From an uncultured Gammaproteobacteria bacterium (GTDB taxonomy: Bacteria > Patescibacteriota > Microgenomatia > Levybacterales > UBA12049): a stretch of 64,000 nucleotides of DNA. The notes under the pieces are model-generated. The model was not told where the DNA came from. It saw only the letters and a list, made by a program, of their open reading frames with translations, and searched no databases. A program made the translations under genes and the position numbers. Shown here piece by piece: positions 57,220 to 64,000 of this stretch (its first letter is position 1; each line of letters opens with the position of its first letter). Where the stretch lies: positions 185 to 64,184 of the forward strand of contig CAYYSJ010000004.1 of NCBI GenBank assembly GCA_964474445.1. The letters run 5' to 3'.

Positions 57220-57298
57220 TGTCATTGTGAGTTGCCTAAGGGAAGGGGTTTATCTTCATTGCCACCTTTGGATTAACTTAGGACTTCTCGCCATGACA
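57220..57298. repeat. Degenerate REP-like palindromic element
   Basis: Arms TGTCATTGTGAG ... CTCGCCATGACA; the same 12-mer TGTCATTGTGAG recurs at 59920 after leuS. Confidence 0.55.
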
Positions 57299-57322
57299 AA
57301 GAGAGGATGCTATACTTGGACT

Positions 57323-59905
57323 ATGGCAAAACAGATAAAAAATCAGATTCCAAAATTTAATCCTGCAGAAATAGAGCCTAAGTGGCAGAAAGTCTGGATT
57401 GAGGCAAAGACCTATGAGCCTGATATGAATAAGGCAGAAAGGCCTTTCTACAACCTTATGATGTTCCCATATCCTTCTGCTGAAGGATTGCATGTCGGGA
57501 ATGTGTATGCACAGACTGGAAGTGACATTCAAGGAAGATTTCAGAGAATGCAAGGAAACGATGTCTTTCAGCCTTTTGGACTGGATGGCTTTGGTATCCA
57601 TTCAGAGAATTATGCCTTAAAAGTTGGCAGGACACCTCAGGAACACGCTGTAATATCTGAGAAGAATTTCTATCGTCAAGTTCACGAGACAGGTTCTGGA
57701 ATGGCATGGGATGAGAAGGTAGAGACCTATGATCCTAACTATTATAAATGGACGCAATGGCTCTTTATTCAGTTGTTTAAGGCAGGCCTTGCCTACCGGA
57801 AGAAAGCTCCTGTAAATTATTGCCCTTCTTGTAAGACAGTTTTAGCTGATGAGCAAGTAATTGATGGCAAGTGCGAGAGATGTGGGACTGTCGTTGAGAA
57901 ACGCAATCTTGAACAATGGTTTTTTAAGATAACAGATTATTCAGAGAGACTTCTCAATAATATTCCGGGGCTTGATTGGTCTGAAAAAGTGAAAATTGCC
58001 CAAACAAATTGGATTGGGAAGAAAGAAGGAATTGAAATTACCTATCCGATTGAAGGGACAGACGAAACGGTAACTGTATTTACGACTCGTCCAGATACTA
58101 ATTTCGGAGCAACCTTCTTGGCACTTGCTCCTGAGCATCCTTTGGTGAAAAAAATTACTACTCCAGACCACAAAATAGATGTTGATCAATACATGAAAGA
58201 GGCAGCAAAAAAATCAGAGATTGAGCGTCAAGCAGAGGGCAGAGAAAAAACAGGTGCCTTTACTGGCGCCTATGCCCTCAATCATCTCACAGGCTACAGA
58301 ATGCCTATTTGGGTCTCTGACTTTGTTTTGGTTGGCTTTGGAACAGGGGCATTAGTCGGTGTTCCTGGGCATGACATGAGAGATTTTGAGTTTGCACAGA
58401 AGTTTGATCTTGAAATAAAAAGAGTTGTTGTTGGGAAAAATGGTGATACATCTCCAATTACCCGAGCAGAACAGGTGCAGGAAGAAGAGGGAACAATGAT
58501 CAACTCAGATTTCTTAAACGGGATGAATATTCACGATGCAACAGAGAAGATTATGGATGTCATGGAAGAAAAAGGTTGGGGCAAAAGAATTTCAACCTAC
58601 CATCTCAGGGATTGGTTAATATCACGACAGCGTTATTGGGGCCCTCCAATTCCAATGATTTATTGTGAAAATTGTGCAGCAAAAGGAATTGTTTATGATA
58701 CAAATGAGCTTGCAGAGGAGCGTGGTATACAAAGGCCTGAATTGCCAGGTGGTATGGCTGGGTGGTTCCCAGTGCCGGAAAGTGAATTACCTGTTCTATT
58801 GCCTGAGACAGAAAACTGGAAGCCAACAGGGACTGGTCAGTCTCCTTTGGCTCAAATTCCGGAGTTCTGGCAGACAACCTGTCCAAATTGTGGAGGTCCA
58901 GCAAGACGAGAAACTGATGTCTCAGATACTTTCCTAGATAGCGCATGGTATTTCTTTAGATATACTTCAACGGACAAAGAGCATGAAGCCTTTGATGTGA
59001 AAAGAGTAGAGAAGTGGATGCCAGTTACACTCTATACTGGCGGAGCAGAGCATTCAGTGCTACACCTTCTGTATGCTCGATTTGTTACGATGGTTCTGAA
59101 AGATTTAGGCTATATTAGCTTTGAAGAGCCATTTGCTAAGTTTAGAGCACATGGTCTTATCATTAAAGATGGTGCAAAAATGAGTAAGTCAAAGGGAAAT
59201 GTTGTTATACCAGATGTATATATTAAGAAGTTTGGAGCTGATACATTACGATCATATTTGATGTTCTTGGGGCCATTCTCTCAGGGTGGAGATTTTTCTG
59301 ACAATGGTATTGAAGGCACGCACAGATTCCTTAGGCGTGTCTGGGTAATGGTTCAGGATTATATGCAGTCAGAAGAAGAGGGAGAAATCAGCAAAGAGCG
59401 TGAATTCATACTCAATAAAACCGTGAAAAAAGTAACAGAAGAGATGGAAGCTCTAAGATACAATACAGCAATTGCAGCACTTATGGAGTGGTATAACTTC
59501 TTGAGTCAGGAAGTAAAAAGTATGAATCAAGAACTAAACAGAAGAGAGATTGAAGCATATGTCAAATTGTTGGCACCAATTGCTCCTCATATGACAGAAG
59601 AACTATGGCAATTACTCAGAGTAAATACTGTAGAAGAGCATGATGTAGACTTTGAATCAGTTCATCAAACTCCTTGGCCAAGTTATGATGAGTCACGGCT
59701 TGTCTCAGATACTATAAATATCGTGATTCAGGTGAATGGTAAGGTGAGGGCAACAATGACAGTCTCAGCTCAAGATTCACAAAACCAAAAGAAAGTTGAG
59801 CAGCTTGCTGAAGCTAATGAAAAAATTGTGGGATGGATTAATGGAAAAACAATGAAACAAGTTATTTTTGTTCCTCAAAAGCTGATTAACTTCGTTGTGG
59901 CCTAA
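57323..59905 (+). CDS. leuS: Leucine--tRNA ligase
   Basis: MFPYPSAEGLHVGN (HIGH), FTTRPDT editing domain, RDWLISRQRYWG.PIP, KMSKS, QVNGKVR. Confidence 0.98.
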   Translation: MAKQIKNQIPKFNPAEIEPKWQKVWIEAKTYEPDMNKAERPFYNLMMFPYPSAEGLHVGNVYAQTGSDIQGRFQRMQGNDVFQPFGLDGFGIHSENYALKVGRTPQEHAVISEKNFYRQVHETGSGMAWDEKVETYDPNYYKWTQWLFIQLFKAGLAYRKKAPVNYCPSCKTVLADEQVIDGKCERCGTVVEKRNLEQWFFKITDYSERLLNNIPGLDWSEKVKIAQTNWIGKKEGIEITYPIEGTDETVTVFTTRPDTNFGATFLALAPEHPLVKKITTPDHKIDVDQYMKEAAKKSEIERQAEGREKTGAFTGAYALNHLTGYRMPIWVSDFVLVGFGTGALVGVPGHDMRDFEFAQKFDLEIKRVVVGKNGDTSPITRAEQVQEEEGTMINSDFLNGMNIHDATEKIMDVMEEKGWGKRISTYHLRDWLISRQRYWGPPIPMIYCENCAAKGIVYDTNELAEERGIQRPELPGGMAGWFPVPESELPVLLPETENWKPTGTGQSPLAQIPEFWQTTCPNCGGPARRETDVSDTFLDSAWYFFRYTSTDKEHEAFDVKRVEKWMPVTLYTGGAEHSVLHLLYARFVTMVLKDLGYISFEEPFAKFRAHGLIIKDGAKMSKSKGNVVIPDVYIKKFGADTLRSYLMFLGPFSQGGDFSDNGIEGTHRFLRRVWVMVQDYMQSEEEGEISKEREFILNKTVKKVTEEMEALRYNTAIAALMEWYNFLSQEVKSMNQELNRREIEAYVKLLAPIAPHMTEELWQLLRVNTVEEHDVDFESVHQTPWPSYDESRLVSDTINIVIQVNGKVRATMTVSAQDSQNQKKVEQLAEANEKIVGWINGKTMKQVIFVPQKLINFVVA

Positions 59906-60395
59906 TCTACTATTTAGCTTGTCATTGTGAGTAAATTTACTGTAAGAAAGGTGCTGTCAGTTGTAAGACTGCTTTGCTAAAGGTGAAAACGATTTTCTCT
60001 TAAGAGATGGCTGTTTTTTTCATGCTTGAAGCTAAATGATCGATACAATCTTTTTTGTTGCTTAGATAGGAAAAGAAACATTAAAGATTTAAGGTATGGG
60101 TGGAACTCCTAAAATCGTTAAAGAATACTTCATTTTACTGTACTCCCGCGTAATTTTTAGATATCTTTTGACACCTTTGGTTAGTAATTTGATATAGATA
60201 TTTAACTTTCTTGAAAAGCACCCCTCTGTTTTTTTCGGAGTGCTAACATTAAATTACACTAGCACAATGCTTTCTCTAGACATTGAGGGAAAAGTCATGA
60301 ATTTTCTGGCATATGCACTAAACTACAAAGTAAATCATAACTGATAGATGTACTAATTGTTGCTGTAGGACTTTTCAGAAATGCCATAAGCAAAC

Positions 60396-60423
60396 AGTTG
60401 CTAAACAATTATGTTTAGCAACT
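60396..60423. repeat. 28-bp palindrome with perfect 12-bp arms
   Basis: AGTTGCTAAACA-ATTA-TGTTTAGCAACT. Confidence 0.8.
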
Positions 60424-61752
60424 TACAGTAGTAGATAGATATAGAAGCGGATACCCAGTTACTGAAGTAACAAAAATCCAGAGGCAGGGGTATAACAATA
60501 TATGCTATAGGTTTTAGATATGGATATGGTAAAAGTTGGTGTGTTAGATACTTGGTCCCCAGTATGGCAGGTAAGAATGCAAAAATATTGCAATATAGAG
60601 AAAAGATTTTGTCAAAAGATCATGATCAAATTTTTAATCAAAAGTGAAAAAGAAAGATTCAATAAACTGACAGTTTCATGACTCACCGTCAGATTTTATA
60701 ATATAACCATGAAACAAAATTTTTCTATCTCCTTACTTTTTTCTTTTTATTTTAACGTTACAAATCATACTAATTTTTCAACTTTTCCTGTTTTTCCTCC
60801 CAACTAAAAATTACTGTTCGTGAAAATGCTCATTTTCATTACTAGTATTTCTGAGACTAGAAAGTTATCGGAAGATAAAAGGGGTGAATACTTGTTTTGG
60901 AAATTTCTCGTAATAAACACCCTAGTTATGACTAGTCATTAAAAAGTTGAAGTAAAATACATTCTGATATGTTAAAAAATATTGGCAGATGTGACTAAGG
61001 ATTGACAAAATAAAAACAGCATATATTTGCAATCTATTCCATTAAAATCAAGGCTGAAAAATAAGATTTTTACCAATTTTTGCAAGAATAAAGCAAGGAG
61101 CACTACTTATTTGTGAAAAAACATTTTCACACGCATATTTATCTTATCTAAAGGCAGAATTCGTGGGTTAAAAAATATTATGCGTGACTCAGTAAGTGGA
61201 TCATTCTATATCACCAATATTCGTCATGTTATTTCGGGATCTGGCGTAAATATGAGCTTATTGCATGTTTTTGCCGAGTTTTCTTGAGGTTTCCATACAG
61301 AAAGTGGGGCACTATTCTCTTTGTATGCAGAGTATTGGTGGTTATAGCTCTGTAAAAACTTGCTAGTTAATTCTTCGAGAAGAGACAGGGAGCATATGTC
61401 CTTGAGACAAAATTTTTGGTAAGGTGAGAACTCTTATATGGAGTCTTTTTAAAAAAAACAGCATTGTGTTTTTTTATCTGTTTCTTTCTCTGGATGGTGG
61501 TTTTCATTGGTTGAACTGAAAAACTGTTGGTGTCACTTTTATAAAACTGCTTGTCCCATTGGAAAGATTCTTGTCCGAGAACAATCGAAAATAACTATTG
61601 TAAGAATTCCAATACGGTCATTCATAGTGTCAACTTTTGGGAATTGTGAAATGATGTAATTTTGATTAATGTCATGTGTTTTAGACTGTCACTCTCGTTG
61701 CAATTATAGAAACGATTGATATAACTCTAGGGTTTATTTTGCAGCCGGTTTT

Positions 61753-63519
61753 TTAGTTAAGTGTCCGGGGAGTATACTGCTCCAAGACTTGTTGTAACTT
61801 TGGGTTAAGAAGAGTCTTTTTCTCTTCCTGTGCAACAGGAAGAGTGAAGAAGACTGTTGTACCATGCTGAGGGGTAGAATTAACATAAATATTTCCTCCA
61901 TGTGCTTCTACAATACCTTTGGCAATATATAGCCCAAGACCTGTTCCTTCAGTCGGTTCTGAAGTCCGATTTTCCCTTATCTGAGAAAACTTTTGAAAAA
62001 GTAATTTCTGCTTTTCTGTTGGTATACCAATACCAGTATCGCTTACAGATACAAGAATACCCGGGTTAGTTGGTGTATGAGGAAGTTGGGGGCTGTATTG
62101 GCCAACAACTTTTACTTTAATTTCTCCTCCTGCTGAAGTGAATTTAAGACTATTTGAGATAAGATTGTTAACGACTTGCTCAATGCGAGTTATATCAATG
62201 AATGCTTGAGGAAGCGTTTCTTCAAGGACACTGGTTAATTTGACCTGTTTTTTGTTAGCTTCTGGGGCAAATAACTCAATACTTTCCATAACAGCTTGAG
62301 AAATATCATTTGGCGCTTGCCAAATAGTAAAGTGGCCTGCTTCAAGCTTTGCAGCATCAAGTAACGAATTAATATCATTTAAAAGTCTTTTTGATTGTTG
62401 GTCTATAATAACCGCAAGTTTTTGCTGACTTTGTTCAAGGCTTTCACTTTGTGCCATCATCTCAGCAGCAGCTTTAATAGCTGTAAGTGGTGACCTAAGT
62501 TCATGGACGACTGCGTTTGTAAATTCTTCCTTCATTTGTTGGAGTGATTTTTCGAGGGTAATGTCATGAATCAATACTGTGACGCCTGTAACTCGTCTCT
62601 GCATACTTTGCAAATCGTCAGTTGGCCCAAAGACAGGCGTGACAACGACCTGAACTGTTTTTTCCACCAATTGAAGCTCTTTTTCCTCAATTGTTTTCCC
62701 CATAATAAGGGCTTCTTTAATTTTTGCTCCAAAGTCATAATGCTTTGAAAGCATATTGACCGCATCAAAAATAGTTGGGTTAGTTAAATGAGGAATACCA
62801 AGGAGATTTTTTGCAGCCTGATTGATAAGGGTTAATTTGTATGAGCTATCAATCATAAGAATTCCATCCGCAAGACTTGCAATCATTGAGAGAATTTTTT
62901 CTTGCTCAGTTCCTATAACTTCTTGGAGTTTAGAAAGTGCGTTAGAAGCAGAAGATGTTAGTTGATACAAAATAGTCATATCCTCTTCTTTGTAAAGGCC
63001 TGGTTTGGTAGAACAAATACTGATAAGACCTACTATTTCTCCTTTAATAATCAGAGGAATATGGAAAAATGAAGCAAGAGGGTCTGTATTATCTTCGTCT
63101 GCAAGAAGGCCTGTCTTGAATTCTTCATAGTGCTGGGGAAGAGGATGGTCCATAAGTGATGCAAGAGAGGCAAGCATGCTTTTTCTCACCTGTTCAATAA
63201 AATTGCTTCCGACGCGTTCTTCAAGAGCTATTTTAAAGACGTAGCTATCTTCGTGGATGATAAGAGAAGAAGTGGTGGAATAGGGGAAGAGGTTTTTAAG
63301 GCTCCCTGTAAGGGTATCAATAACCCGCTCGACGTCAAGAGAATACCCGATTCTCTCCTGTAGAGCTTTCAAAACGGAAAGCTCGTACATACGCCTTTTG
63401 GTATTGGCGTCTTTCTCACGAAGTTGTTTCTTGAGTTTATCTAGCTGAAACGAAAAGTAGACAGCAAGCGCTCCAAAAAATACTACAGCAACGGTAGATA
63501 TAAGAGTGGGTAAGGACAT
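61753..63519 (-). CDS. Sensor histidine kinase (TM-GAF-PAS-HisKA-HATPase)
   Basis: IPL..KGEIVG (GAF), SLADGIL..D.....INQAA (PAS), VHELRSPL, NLISNSLKF, DTGIGI, GTGLGL. Confidence 0.93.
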   Translation of the reverse strand: MSLPTLISTVAVVFFGALAVYFSFQLDKLKKQLREKDANTKRRMYELSVLKALQERIGYSLDVERVIDTLTGSLKNLFPYSTTSSLIIHEDSYVFKIALEERVGSNFIEQVRKSMLASLASLMDHPLPQHYEEFKTGLLADEDNTDPLASFFHIPLIIKGEIVGLISICSTKPGLYKEEDMTILYQLTSSASNALSKLQEVIGTEQEKILSMIASLADGILMIDSSYKLTLINQAAKNLLGIPHLTNPTIFDAVNMLSKHYDFGAKIKEALIMGKTIEEKELQLVEKTVQVVVTPVFGPTDDLQSMQRRVTGVTVLIHDITLEKSLQQMKEEFTNAVVHELRSPLTAIKAAAEMMAQSESLEQSQQKLAVIIDQQSKRLLNDINSLLDAAKLEAGHFTIWQAPNDISQAVMESIELFAPEANKKQVKLTSVLEETLPQAFIDITRIEQVVNNLISNSLKFTSAGGEIKVKVVGQYSPQLPHTPTNPGILVSVSDTGIGIPTEKQKLLFQKFSQIRENRTSEPTEGTGLGLYIAKGIVEAHGGNIYVNSTPQHGTTVFFTLPVAQEEKKTLLNPKLQQVLEQYTPRTLN

Positions 63520-63605
63520 ATTATTAGTATTATGTATTGCGTAGTAAGTATCAAGTATGAAGCCGGGAGGAGGTATCCTTAATATATAATACTTGCTACC
63601 TGCTA

Positions 63606-63968
63606 CTAACTCATCAAAGATTCCAGTTTGTCTCCAGTTTTCTTGCTGCCAATAACAATAACGTAGGTACCAAGCACAAAACAAACCTCCTTTGCTAGCA
63701 GAAGGCTAATTTGAAAAATTTGGGGAAGCAAACTCGCGTAGTTACTGACCACAAGATAGGAGCTAACTGCATCAATAATAATTCCAAGTGCAATGAAAAA
63801 AACTCCAAGAGAATTTGTTTTAAATCCAGAAGCAAGAATACCTGTACCAAATTTCTTTGTAACAGAAGCCATTACAATGCCTGCAGCAATTGCTGCAAAC
63901 GCAGCGATAAAAGATCCTGCTTCAACAATAATAGTTAAGAGTCGCTGTGTATCAATTCCTTCAAACAT
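63606..63968 (-). CDS. Small 3-4 TM membrane protein upstream of the kinase
   Basis: 120-aa hydrophobic ORF co-oriented with the kinase. Confidence 0.75.
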   Translation of the reverse strand: MFEGIDTQRLLTIIVEAGSFIAAFAAIAAGIVMASVTKKFGTGILASGFKTNSLGVFFIALGIIIDAVSSYLVVSNYASLLPQIFQISLLLAKEVCFVLGTYVIVIGSKKTGDKLESLMS

Positions 63969-64000
63969 AATCGTTTTGTAACATAGATGATGAGAAGAGA

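Noticed and set aside
57076-57320. T-box riboswitch before leuS
   Set aside because: No UGGNACC T-box motif or specifier stem; the leader-peptide attenuator fits better.

Overview
Low-GC bacterial chromosome segment in standard code 11. It is most consistent with Patescibacteria/CPR, Microgenomates-like (inferred from the intron-bearing, helix-trimmed 23S, the gene set and apparently leaderless starts). It opens with the 3' two-thirds of a 23S rRNA gene carrying three group I introns (L1917 with a LAGLIDADG ORF, L1931, L2500), then 5S rRNA. Housekeeping genes are S1, radA, PIN/TRAM, rho, LysM-M23, two tRNA-Ala and leuS. Also present are two histidine kinases, glycosylation genes and a decayed IS481-like element. 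The main result is two paralogous surface-structure loci (about 11-22.7 kb and 40.7-56.2 kb). Each combines a phage-tail-fibre-like protein with a DYAE autoproteolysis-like domain, WxL/pilin-like secreted subunits, membrane-anchored DUF916/PapD-like proteins and a DNA-binding component. In one locus that component is a separate Xis/BldC-like HTH plus a catalytically degenerate PIN, next to 10-bp phased repeats. In the other, two integrase core-binding domains are fused through a TM helix to a 3854-aa fibre. Smaller finds are a leaderless Leu attenuator before leuS, candidate sRNAs, unannotated small ORFs and a tRNA-anchored islet. All family calls come from motif recognition by eye; no searches were run.
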